Assembly (NCBI GenBank): GCA_963801355.1
Contig: CAWDEM010000008.1
Location: 2,528,001 to 2,592,000, forward strand
From: Ignavibacteriota bacterium
Lineage (GTDB): Bacteria; Bacteroidota; Ignavibacteria; UBA10030; UBA6906
Length of the DNA stretch: 64,000 nt
Reading direction: 5' to 3'
Shown here in pieces: positions 21,003 through 30,257 of the stretch. Every line of letters begins with the position of its first letter. The first letter of the stretch is position 1. The notes under the pieces are model-generated. The model was given only the letters and a program-made list of their open reading frames with translations. It was not told the DNA's origin and made no database searches. Made by a program: the position numbers and the translations under genes.

Positions 21003-23123
21003 TTATCGCAACAGAAGCATCGCCCGTGTCCACACCTGGCCGTCCACCGTGAGCCTGTAGAAGTACACCCCCGAAGGCAACGATGCCTCGGGAGAGAATG
21101 CCAGCGCGTGCACACCGGCGCCCTGAGACTCATTCACCAGGGTCGCAACAGTCTGCCCCAGGGCATTGAATACCGCCAGGGTCACTCTCCCCGCGGAGGG
21201 CAGGACATACTGGATGATGGTGGACGGGTTGAACGGATTCGGATAGTTCTGCATGAGACGCACACCATCCGGTGTTCCGGCGGCATCCTCGACGTGCGTA
21301 AGACTGGTATTGAAATTCCGGAGTTCGCTGTAAGGACCCCAGCCCGCCACATTTCCCGCTCTTGCTCGCCAGAAGTACTGCCCCAGGTCGAGTGAGAGGA
21401 CTTTCACCGTATCTGTGAGCGTGGAATCCATGTCGGGGAATGCAAAGAACGGATCGTTTGTCCACTCCACCGCATAGCGTGTGGCACCGGGGACCAGATT
21501 CCAGCGGCAGACCACACTGTCGCGCCGGGCCCATCCGCCGTCTGTCGGGGAGACGAGTTTCACCTGATTCGGCAATCCACCGACCGTTTCAAATCTCCAT
21601 GGCTGGCAGAATGGGAGCGTATACGATGCCATGCCCGCGGCCACGCGCCAGTAGAATCTCGTGCCGGAGGCCAGCAGCCCCGAGGTCCAGACCGTGTCGG
21701 TCGGCGACGCATCGGCGACAATCGAGCCGGGAGTAAAGAGGGTGTCACGGGCAATCTGAATGCGGTAGTGGGTCGCCAGCGGATATGCCCTCCAGGAGAG
21801 ACGGGGGGTCCGCGACTGGTATGTGGCACCATCAGGAGGCGCCAGAAGCGTCACCGGAGCCGTCTGGAGTTGCTCGGGCTGACCGACAGCAGCTGCCAGC
21901 GTGCCGCCCGCCGAACGAATAAGCGCCGCTGTTGGCGTGTACAAAGTGCCTTCCACAATCCCGTAGACAAAATGCTGGGGGGTCGTGTACAGATACATAT
22001 TGGACAAATGGCGTCCAAACCCGAACACCGTCATCTTTCCATCCAGAGGCGGCGCAACGGAAGTCATCGCGTAGTATTGGTCCATGATATTGTCCCGCTC
22101 CTCGTGATAGAGATAGAGCGAGCGGTTCACGTTGGGGTCGCTGAAGTACACCCACTCGTCGCCGGGGATATCTTCTTCCCACCGCACCGATGCCGGTGTC
22201 TGCCTGCCATCACTCCGTACGACAAAATCCACATCGGGCTCCATCAGGCCTCCCGGCGTTCCTTCATACAGAATCCAGTAGGCACTGTCTGTCTTGATCA
22301 TGGTCAATCGTGCATACTCAGGATAAATATCCCATTGACATTCGAAGAAGCCGGAGACCAGGATGGAATGGATGGTGGTTTTCAATGGGCCCTGGTGCTT
22401 GAGAGTGCTGATGGATGCAGCATCGCCGCTCGCCCCGGGATGGAAGAACCCGCGAGGATAGCACGAATTCGGGATCCCGCGTGCATCCCCGGCGGCTTCA
22501 CTGTTGAACGTCGGATTGTATCCCACCCAGTCATTGCCATTCCTGTCCAGCCAACTCGAATACGCCCCCCCGATTTTCTGATAGAACATAGTGCCGGAGG
22601 CATTCGAGATCCTGAAGCATTCCTGGCCTTCATCCCACACGCCGTCGGTGACCGAGACACGCGGAGAGACCACCGCGGGAGACCCTCCCTGACCCACACA
22701 ATCGAAGTAGACGTGGTACGTGCGGGTAGTCGAAGCCGGTGTGGAGCCATCCAGCAGAACCACAAGCGTGCCCGCAGCATTGGTGGAATCATTGTAGTCG
22801 GCATCGCGATCGAACTGGAACGCCACGGTATCGACGATGGGATCACCGGTCTGGTTCACCTCGACGACACGGATCTTTGCCGCATCAAGCTTCCCCTGGA
22901 CCCCGAGCTGTCCCATCAACGCGGTAAAGTTGAGGTGCGTCTCGGCTGGTCGCCGGATGCGCTCGACATCGCCTGTGGAAAACTGCACGGGTACGCGGAA
23001 CCGCCAGCTGGGATTCCACCACCCGGCCTCGGCGCGCACCCCTGCAACGAGGAGAACCAGCAGGACAAAGACGAAGAACGATCGTGCTGACACGATCCGG
23101 CCTGAAGCCACCATAGCGTTCAT
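21003..23123 (-). CDS. T9SS type A CTD cargo protein: unknown head, 2 FN3 stalk modules
   Basis: Start after AAGGAGG; signal peptide; 'WWNPSWRFRVPV' N-terminus; CTD 'LMQNYPNPFNPST...LPSGVYFYRL'. Confidence 0.85.
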   Translation of the reverse strand: MNAMVASGRIVSARSFFVFVLLVLLVAGVRAEAGWWNPSWRFRVPVQFSTGDVERIRRPAETHLNFTALMGQLGVQGKLDAAKIRVVEVNQTGDPIVDTVAFQFDRDADYNDSTNAAGTLVVLLDGSTPASTTRTYHVYFDCVGQGGSPAVVSPRVSVTDGVWDEGQECFRISNASGTMFYQKIGGAYSSWLDRNGNDWVGYNPTFNSEAAGDARGIPNSCYPRGFFHPGASGDAASISTLKHQGPLKTTIHSILVSGFFECQWDIYPEYARLTMIKTDSAYWILYEGTPGGLMEPDVDFVVRSDGRQTPASVRWEEDIPGDEWVYFSDPNVNRSLYLYHEERDNIMDQYYAMTSVAPPLDGKMTVFGFGRHLSNMYLYTTPQHFVYGIVEGTLYTPTAALIRSAGGTLAAAVGQPEQLQTAPVTLLAPPDGATYQSRTPRLSWRAYPLATHYRIQIARDTLFTPGSIVADASPTDTVWTSGLLASGTRFYWRVAAGMASYTLPFCQPWRFETVGGLPNQVKLVSPTDGGWARRDSVVCRWNLVPGATRYAVEWTNDPFFAFPDMDSTLTDTVKVLSLDLGQYFWRARAGNVAGWGPYSELRNFNTSLTHVEDAAGTPDGVRLMQNYPNPFNPSTIIQYVLPSAGRVTLAVFNALGQTVATLVNESQGAGVHALAFSPEASLPSGVYFYRLTVDGQVWTRAMLLLR

Positions 23124-23148
23124 GGACCTCCTTGTAAAGATAACGAAC

Positions 23149-23225
23149 ACACGCCCGACGCTCCCGTCGGGCTCGGGTCCCGCGATACACAGAGGCCCTC
23201 GCAAGGTGCAAGCCTGCAAGGGCCT
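23149..23225 (-). terminator. Two GC-rich intergenic hairpins (AGGCCCT...AGGGCCT and GCCCGACG-GGAG-CGTCGGGC)
   Basis: Inverted repeats between T9SS cargo genes; only a weak U-tract follows the second. Confidence 0.35.
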
Positions 23226-23253
23226 ACGCGATAACGCGATTGACGACGGCAAG

Positions 23254-25716
23254 CTACTTCATGAGCACCATTTTGTTCATCAGGGTCACGTTATTAGCCG
23301 TCATGCGATACAGATAGATGCCGCTGGCCAGGTCGCTGGCGTCAAACCGCACCTGGTGATAGCCCGCACCCCTCACCTCATCCACGAGCACGGCCACACG
23401 TTCGCCGAGGATGTTGTACACCTCCAGCGTGACATGGGATTCGCGCGGAAGATCGAAGGCAATCCGCGTCGAGGGATTGAATGGGTTGGGGAAGTTGTTA
23501 TGAAGCCGGACCTCTTTCGGCAGCTCCGCGACATCGTCCACACCGGTCCAGGCGACATTGATGCGGCGGACCGTGCTGGATGCTCCCCAGCCGCCGCTGT
23601 TGCCCGCACGCACCTTCCAGAAATACGTGTGGTTGTTCACCGCCAGCTTGAAGCCCTTTACTGTATCGGTGACCGTGCTGTCGAGCTGTTTGAACGTAAA
23701 GAGCGAGTCGAAGCCCACTTCAATCCAGTATTTTGACGCGCCGTTCTGCTTGCGCCATGTGAACGTCACGCTGTCGCTGGTGAGATTGTCGTCGTTAGCC
23801 GGGCTGGACAACGTCACCTGCCCTGGAACCGGGAGGAGGGTGGTAAATGTCCAGGCGGACGTAAACGTTCCGAACCCTGTTACTGTTTTCGCAGCGACAT
23901 GCCAGTAGTACTGAGTATTGTATGACAGGCCCGTTACCGCACGCGTTGTGTCCGTTCGCGTTGAATCGTCAACGATCAGGCCTCCGGCAAATGACGGATC
24001 AATACCGAGCTGGACATAGTATGCAGTGGCACCCTCGACCGCGCGCCACCGTAACGTCGGGCTGAGTGGCAGACCGGTACTGCCGTCAGCCGGAGACACG
24101 GGCGTCGGCAGGAGGACAAAAGTCGTGAAGTTCCAGGCAGGCGAGAAGTCTCCAGACATCGCCGCGTTCTTCGCCCTTACCCGCCAGAAGTACTTGGTAA
24201 ACGGCTGGAGACCGCTCACCTGCTTGGTAGTGTCGGCGATGGTGGAATCATCGAACGCGACCGTAGCAAACGTGGAGTCGGAACTCACCTGCAGACGGTA
24301 TGAAGCTGCCGTCCAGGCTCTCCGCCACCGGAGTGTCGTCGTAGGCGGCTGTGATGGATTGTTGTTCGTGGGCGCAACCAGCGCCGGTGCTGCCGGCTGC
24401 GGGGAACCGTAGCCGCTTCCCGCATACTGCACCATGATCCCGGGTCCGGGCCAGTGGAACATCATCCCCGTGCCCTGCGACTCCGAGTAGTAGTCTACAG
24501 CGTTTTCCCCCACAACCAGGGCTGACGTCGGGAAGTTCACCACAGAGAGGGCATAGTAATGGTCATCGCCGAATAGGGGGAGCGCGTACGCACCGACCTT
24601 CACCCAGTGTTGCTCTCCCGGAGCAATCTGCACGTCCAGGCCGTTCCAGGACGAAATCCAGAACGTCGCCGCGGTTGCATCGCTCAGATTTGTGCCGGTC
24701 GGAATCGCGAAGAAGGACCATTTCTGTTTACCGACCCGCAGCTCACAAGCCTCGGGCATGCCGTACGGCTTGTACAACTTCACAGACTTCCCCGCACGAA
24801 CAAGAGAGAGGTCTTCAGCGTACGGCGTCATGTACATCACGCCGTTATTGTCCCGGATGATGGCGCCCAGTGTGACCCCGCCCAGCACCTGGTCGGGGAC
24901 CCATTCGGTGTTCCAGGTGACCGACCAGGGCGCGTTGGTTGCAGTCCCGATGTGGTTGTGCAACTTCATCACCGTTTCGGACTTCGCACGGTGGTAGTTG
25001 TATTGCCAGTCTTTGTAGTACCCGTCGCCATCCGTATCGTACGAATCATAGTAGCCGAGGAAGTCCACTTGGCTGACACCAACCGGACTTGACGCACTCA
25101 CGGTGATCACGGGATTCTCTCCCAGGGCCCCGCCATAGGCTACCGAGGTAATCGTCCCCGTTGGATGCGCTTTTGTCGAATCATAGTAGACACGGAGGAC
25201 AATGCCGTCGAAACCCCACTGCCCCCATCCGAAATCGTAGCACGTCTGCCCCGTGTTTGTTCCTTCCATCGAAACCGACCCTTCGCTCAGATGCGACAGA
25301 GGGACGTCTATGACGGCATTGTATTGCGATAGATAGCATTCTCCCTGCCCCGGGGTAGTGCGCAATTCCGAGATGGGAATCCAGCTATTATTGTTGAACC
25401 GTATCGCCTTCCCGGATGTACCGGCGTGGCCGCCCCAGACATCAATGACCGCTTCCGCACGGATTGCATGCTGAAGGTCGGTGACGTTGAAATACAGGAC
25501 CGCATTCGGGAGAAAGGTTTGGGCCTGCGGATTGGTTGCATTGGGATCCGTCACCCGCCACTCGTAGTAGAACATGTTGGCCCGTGTGAACTCCTTAAAG
25601 ATATCTCCCGCCTGAGGGCCTCGCAACAACCACTGAGCGTGGGAGATGCCTGTGGTCGCCAACACGAGTATCACGGCAGAAACAGGCAACAGTGACTTGT
25701 TGAACCATCGTTTCAT
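23254..25716 (-). CDS. T9SS type A CTD cargo protein: unknown aromatic-rich head, 3 FN3 stalk modules
   Basis: Start MKRWF after AAGGAGG; signal peptide ending SHA-Q; CTD 'LHNNFPNPFNPST...LASGIYLYRM'. Confidence 0.85.
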   Translation of the reverse strand: MKRWFNKSLLPVSAVILVLATTGISHAQWLLRGPQAGDIFKEFTRANMFYYEWRVTDPNATNPQAQTFLPNAVLYFNVTDLQHAIRAEAVIDVWGGHAGTSGKAIRFNNNSWIPISELRTTPGQGECYLSQYNAVIDVPLSHLSEGSVSMEGTNTGQTCYDFGWGQWGFDGIVLRVYYDSTKAHPTGTITSVAYGGALGENPVITVSASSPVGVSQVDFLGYYDSYDTDGDGYYKDWQYNYHRAKSETVMKLHNHIGTATNAPWSVTWNTEWVPDQVLGGVTLGAIIRDNNGVMYMTPYAEDLSLVRAGKSVKLYKPYGMPEACELRVGKQKWSFFAIPTGTNLSDATAATFWISSWNGLDVQIAPGEQHWVKVGAYALPLFGDDHYYALSVVNFPTSALVVGENAVDYYSESQGTGMMFHWPGPGIMVQYAGSGYGSPQPAAPALVAPTNNNPSQPPTTTLRWRRAWTAASYRLQVSSDSTFATVAFDDSTIADTTKQVSGLQPFTKYFWRVRAKNAAMSGDFSPAWNFTTFVLLPTPVSPADGSTGLPLSPTLRWRAVEGATAYYVQLGIDPSFAGGLIVDDSTRTDTTRAVTGLSYNTQYYWHVAAKTVTGFGTFTSAWTFTTLLPVPGQVTLSSPANDDNLTSDSVTFTWRKQNGASKYWIEVGFDSLFTFKQLDSTVTDTVKGFKLAVNNHTYFWKVRAGNSGGWGASSTVRRINVAWTGVDDVAELPKEVRLHNNFPNPFNPSTRIAFDLPRESHVTLEVYNILGERVAVLVDEVRGAGYHQVRFDASDLASGIYLYRMTANNVTLMNKMVLMK

Positions 25717-25774
25717 CGAACCGTCCTCCTTTGTGTGTCCCCCGGGTTCACTCCACTTCCTCTCGTGTTGACAC

Positions 25775-25825
25775 CGGGGGAGGCCGCCCCGGAACATACG
25801 CTCCCGGCCGGGCGCCCTCCCCCCG
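25775..25825 (-). other. Long GC-rich intergenic hairpin
   Basis: GGGGAGG-GCGCCC...GGGCG-GCCTCCCC imperfect inverted repeat downstream of the 25847-28651 stop; no U-tract. Confidence 0.35.
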
Positions 25826-25846
25826 ATGCTCTCTTCTCCCCCACTA

Positions 25847-28651
25847 CTACTTCACCAGAACCATCTTTCTCATCAACGCTGTGTTGTCGGTGACCAACCT
25901 GTAAAGGTACACACCGCTGGCAAACCGTGCGCCGTCAAATGCCACCTGGTGGTATCCCGGCTGTTGTTCGCCGTCCACAAGGGTCGCGACCTTCTCGCCC
26001 AGCAGGTTGTACACTTCCAGCGTCACGCGGCCTGCATGCGGAACACCGAATTCAATCTGCGTTGCAGGGTTGAATGGATTGGGATAGTTCTGTGAAAGAA
26101 TGAATTCCTTCGGCAGCTCACGCTCTGTCGCCACACCGGTGTACTGCACATTGTACGCGCGAACTTCACTGTACGGTCCCCACCCTGACACGTTCCCAGC
26201 GCGCACTTTCCAGAAGTATCGCGCATTGTTGGGAATAGACCTGACCACCTTCAGGGTGTCGGTTATGGTCGAGTCCTCGACACCAAACGTGAAGAGCGAA
26301 TCCGGTGCATACAGGAGAGTGTACTTCGTCGCTTCCGGCAGACCCTTCCGCCAGACGAAACGCACGGTGTCTCTCGTCACCAGGGCATTCGCCTCGGGGA
26401 ACACCAGTGTCACCGCGCCCGGAGGCGGAACCACGGTCCTGAAGTTCCAGGTTGTCGAGAATGGTCCCACGCCGGAGACGTTTTTCGTTCTGACACGCCA
26501 GAAGTATTTGGTGCCCGTCACAAGGCCCGACACAGCACGGACCGTGTCTGTGATTGTCGAGTCGTTGACGATCAATGCGGCCGCGAATGTGGAGTCCGTT
26601 CCCAGTTGCACATGATAGGAAATCGCGCTTGCGATTTTCGACCACCGGAGCGTCTGGCTCACAGACTGGTTTGAAGAGTTGTTTGCCGGGGCAAGGAGCG
26701 CCGGTGCTCCCGGAACGCCGGGGACTGTTGAGAATTTCCATACCGCGGAGTAGGAACCGGCTCCCTTTGAGTTCTTTCCCTTGACACGCCAGTAGTACTT
26801 TGTGTCGGTCTGCAGACCCGTCGCGTTCTTCACGGGAACCGTAAGCGCACTGTCATTCACAACCATGACTGTGAAGAGGGAGTCTTTCGCCACCTGTACG
26901 TGATATCCGGTCGCTCCAATCGTCACAGTCCATGTCAGTTGCACGGGAATCGGAAGAAACTCGCTGTTGTTCGCCGGCGTGGACAACTTTGTCTTTGCAG
27001 GGAGTGCTCCCTGGAAGGACTCTGTGAGCGAAGTGAAGTCCGGTGACGGGGTCCCCTGGTTGCCCGTGCTGACACCCACCTTGACCGGAGCAATAAAATC
27101 CCAGAAGGTGCCCGCCTGGGTCCAGGCGGTTCCGTCGAACGAATAGTCCATCGTCCATAACGCGCCGTATTGCCGCACACGCATCTGGAGAGGAGCAATG
27201 CTGGCGGGACCGATGACGACGTTGAAATGCGAAACCGGATTTTCAAGTCCGTAGAAACTCGCCGCAAAAGCACGTGTATTGGTGCCATCGTTCAGGAAGT
27301 CGAATCGCAAGAGACGGCTTGCATCTTTTTCTAACACCATGCCTTCAAACCGATACGTATCCGTCGTTCCCGACACGCCGGAGTTGAAACGGGCGATGAA
27401 CTCACGAATGTCGGAGTTGCCAAGATCCTGCATGACACGCGGGAGGTAATCTCCGTCGGACCAGAGATCATGGGAAGGGCCTCCAGGCACGCTGATTGCC
27501 AGCTGATCACTCACCATGGCAATTGTCGCATCCCCGCGGGGATCCACCACCGTCCACAGGTCGGTGTTCAATGTCGAATCACCGAAGGCGTCGGATTTGC
27601 TCGAGGCGTCGGTGATGGCCGCAGGAGTCGTCGCGGTGTAGTTGCCTGTCGTGGTGACCCTCCCTCCCTGATCGCCCGCCAGCACACGGTAGTTGTAGAG
27701 TGTTGCAGGGCTGAGGTCTGTGGCCGTCACATTATGCTCATACTTCACGTCCAGAGAGAAGAGACCCGAACCGTACGACATCGTCGTTCCGTATTCCAAT
27801 TTCCCGTCGGTCGGCTTGTCAGTATTCCACGCAACCTGCATGGCGTTGGAGGCAATTTTCAACAGCCGCACGCCGTGGACATAGGCCGGTATCGTGTCTG
27901 CCGGGGCGGGTGTGCTGTCATCCGCCGCCTTGATCGAATCAAGATTGTGGAAGTAGTCGACGACCGCCGAGAAGTCGGCAGCCTTTATGCCCGCGTTCAA
28001 CCCATAGGGTCCGACTTTGGTCACTGTCATCGCCTGACTGAACACCACAGCCGTATCCCAGGTCGTCCCGGTCAGCGAATACATAAACCGCCAGTTGTTC
28101 CCCGTACGCGAGATACGCATCCAGAGCGGCCCCTCCCCGAGGGCGGCCATCTTCTTGTTCACTTTCACGGTTGGGGAACCCAGCCCGCCGATGAACGCTG
28201 CCGCATAGGCACGGACGCTGTCAGTCGTTCCCGTCGTGAAGCAGAACTCAAGCTTGCTGGTCGCATTTTCTTCAACGAGCACGCCCTGTGCGGTGTAGGC
28301 TTCATATGTCCCACCGACCAAACCGGAGAGGAATTTCACCTCCATGTTGAAGTCCGTGTTGGTGGCCGTCTGAAGTATCCTAACGGTGTTGTCTCCATCT
28401 GTCCAGAGATTGTGTTCGGTGCCCCCCGGGGTTTTGATGGATATCGAGGCATTGGGGGTGCCGGTACTGGTCATGGAAACCCCGCCGTCACCTCTGGGAT
28501 TGACCAAAGTCCAGAGGTTTCTGTTGAAGCTGTAGGTGTTGAAATCCGTGGAAACGAATGTCGTCTTCCCTGCAAAAGCGTCACCCGCCACGACGAGTGA
28601 AACGAGTGCAAGGAGAACGATAATTGTAAACCAATTATGCGAATGCTTCAT
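25847..28651 (-). CDS. T9SS type A CTD cargo protein: two ConA/DUF1349-like modules, FN3-like spacer, 3 FN3 stalk modules
   Basis: Signal peptide; internal duplication 'LWTLVNPRGD...HNLWTDGD' and 'LWTVVDPRGD...HDLWSDGD'; CTD 'LSQNYPNPFNPAT...FASGVYLYRL'. Confidence 0.85.
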   Translation of the reverse strand: MKHSHNWFTIIVLLALVSLVVAGDAFAGKTTFVSTDFNTYSFNRNLWTLVNPRGDGGVSMTSTGTPNASISIKTPGGTEHNLWTDGDNTVRILQTATNTDFNMEVKFLSGLVGGTYEAYTAQGVLVEENATSKLEFCFTTGTTDSVRAYAAAFIGGLGSPTVKVNKKMAALGEGPLWMRISRTGNNWRFMYSLTGTTWDTAVVFSQAMTVTKVGPYGLNAGIKAADFSAVVDYFHNLDSIKAADDSTPAPADTIPAYVHGVRLLKIASNAMQVAWNTDKPTDGKLEYGTTMSYGSGLFSLDVKYEHNVTATDLSPATLYNYRVLAGDQGGRVTTTGNYTATTPAAITDASSKSDAFGDSTLNTDLWTVVDPRGDATIAMVSDQLAISVPGGPSHDLWSDGDYLPRVMQDLGNSDIREFIARFNSGVSGTTDTYRFEGMVLEKDASRLLRFDFLNDGTNTRAFAASFYGLENPVSHFNVVIGPASIAPLQMRVRQYGALWTMDYSFDGTAWTQAGTFWDFIAPVKVGVSTGNQGTPSPDFTSLTESFQGALPAKTKLSTPANNSEFLPIPVQLTWTVTIGATGYHVQVAKDSLFTVMVVNDSALTVPVKNATGLQTDTKYYWRVKGKNSKGAGSYSAVWKFSTVPGVPGAPALLAPANNSSNQSVSQTLRWSKIASAISYHVQLGTDSTFAAALIVNDSTITDTVRAVSGLVTGTKYFWRVRTKNVSGVGPFSTTWNFRTVVPPPGAVTLVFPEANALVTRDTVRFVWRKGLPEATKYTLLYAPDSLFTFGVEDSTITDTLKVVRSIPNNARYFWKVRAGNVSGWGPYSEVRAYNVQYTGVATERELPKEFILSQNYPNPFNPATQIEFGVPHAGRVTLEVYNLLGEKVATLVDGEQQPGYHQVAFDGARFASGVYLYRLVTDNTALMRKMVLVK

Positions 28652-28718
28652 TGCTGACTCCTTGTTTTATTAAGAATTCGTACACATGCGCAATATTATC
28701 CACCTCTCGTCAGTATAC

Positions 28719-29192
28719 TCACTCGATCTTTCTGAGAATGCGGGCCGGAACCCCGGCAACGATAGTATTTGCCGGGACATCTTTCGTAACCACGCTCCCG
28801 GCACCTACAACGGCATGTTCTCCAACCGTAACTCCGCATAGAATAGTGGTGTTAGTGCCTATAGAGGCACCCCTCTTGATGAGTGTCGGTACAACCTTCC
28901 AATCAGATTCGGTCTGTAGAGACCCGTCCTCCCTTGTAGACCTGGGATACTTGTCGTTAATGAACATAACCCCATGACCGACAAAAACGTCATCCTCGAT
29001 GACAACACCCTCACAAATGAACGAATGTGTGGAAATCTTGCAGTTCTTGCCCACCCGCGCATTCTTCTGTATTTCCACAAAAGTACCAATTTTTGTGCCA
29101 TCGCCGATTTCGCACCCATACAGGTTCACGAAATCGAAAATCTTGACATCCTTCCCGAGTTTAACAGAAGGGGCGATTTTCTGAAGAGACAT
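28719..29192 (-). CDS. Hexapeptide-repeat N-acyltransferase (WbpD/FdtC-like)
   Basis: NLYGCEIG, EIQKNA, HSFICEGV, FINDKYPR and AGVPAR motifs; start MSLQKIA. Confidence 0.88.
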   Translation of the reverse strand: MSLQKIAPSVKLGKDVKIFDFVNLYGCEIGDGTKIGTFVEIQKNARVGKNCKISTHSFICEGVVIEDDVFVGHGVMFINDKYPRSTREDGSLQTESDWKVVPTLIKRGASIGTNTTILCGVTVGEHAVVGAGSVVTKDVPANTIVAGVPARILRKIE

Positions 29193-29239
29193 GCGCTCTG
29201 CTCCGTCTTGGATGAGTGCCAACTGTCCTCTGGCGAGGT

Positions 29240-30244
29240 CTATTGGCCGAAATTGACCATAGTCCCCCCTGCACGCAAGGACTGTTGCGCAGCCTCCAGA
29301 ATTCGAACAATTTTCATGCCAGACCAACCATCGGTCGTCGGGCGTTTGCCTGAGAGGATTGCATCCACAAATTCACTGCAGAGTAAGGTCAAAGCCTCCC
29401 CGAGCTCGATCTTCGGCGCCCACATGTCGCCGGTGCGGTATTGGACCAGGACCTTATAGATGGACTCCCGTTCCTTGATGTCCACCCCCTTGTCATAGAT
29501 CTTCACCTTCTCGCTGGGCTCCATGTCATCGTAGACCACCATGAGCTTGCTGCCGCCGATAAGGATCTTGCGCACTTTCACCGGTGACATCCAGTTCACA
29601 TGGAAGTGCGCCAGCAACTCATGCTGGTACCGGACAGTAATAAATGCGAGATCCTCGGTGTCGTTGAAATGCTTTGCCCCTATCGCAGAGACACCTATCG
29701 GATCCAGCCCGATGAGATAATCCATGATCGAGAGGTCATGCGGAGCAAGGTCCCACACCACATTGGTGTCGTGCTGGAACAAACCGAGGTTGACGCGGAC
29801 CGAATCGAAGTACAGGATCTCGCCGAGGCGCCCCTCGGAGATCAACTCCTTGATTTTGCGCACCGCACCGGTATAGATGAATGTGTGATCCACCATCAAC
29901 ACCAACTTCCTCCTGGCCGCCAGATCTACAAGCTGCTTGCACTGTGCGGAACTTTCCGCCATCGGTTTTTCGAGCAGAAGATGTTTTCCCGCCTGGAGTG
30001 CCTTCATGCCGAGTGGAAAGTGTTGCGACACCGGTGTCGCGATGGCAATCGCCTGCACATCGTCGCGATCGAGAAGGTCTTCGTATCGGCCCACTGTTTC
30101 AATCGACGGGAACCGCTGCTTGGCAACCTGCAGCCGTTTCTCCGAACAATCATAACAAACCACCCCATCGACCGATGGGGTGGAGAGGAAGTTGCGAACC
30201 AGATTGGGGCCCCAGTAACCAAACCCTACGACACCAATGTTCAT
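29240..30244 (-). CDS. Gfo/Idh/MocA oxidoreductase (nucleotide-sugar 3-dehydrogenase candidate)
   Basis: GFGYWGPNL, LEKP, VDHTFIY and WDLAPHD motifs. Confidence 0.88.
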   Translation of the reverse strand: MNIGVVGFGYWGPNLVRNFLSTPSVDGVVCYDCSEKRLQVAKQRFPSIETVGRYEDLLDRDDVQAIAIATPVSQHFPLGMKALQAGKHLLLEKPMAESSAQCKQLVDLAARRKLVLMVDHTFIYTGAVRKIKELISEGRLGEILYFDSVRVNLGLFQHDTNVVWDLAPHDLSIMDYLIGLDPIGVSAIGAKHFNDTEDLAFITVRYQHELLAHFHVNWMSPVKVRKILIGGSKLMVVYDDMEPSEKVKIYDKGVDIKERESIYKVLVQYRTGDMWAPKIELGEALTLLCSEFVDAILSGKRPTTDGWSGMKIVRILEAAQQSLRAGGTMVNFGQ

Positions 30245-30257
30245 AGAGGAGTGATCC

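Noticed and set aside
20208-23736. Long + strand ORFs (20208-21395, 21768-23090, 22837-23736)
   Set aside because: Antisense shadows of well-supported - strand genes; expected in GC-rich coding DNA; no motifs
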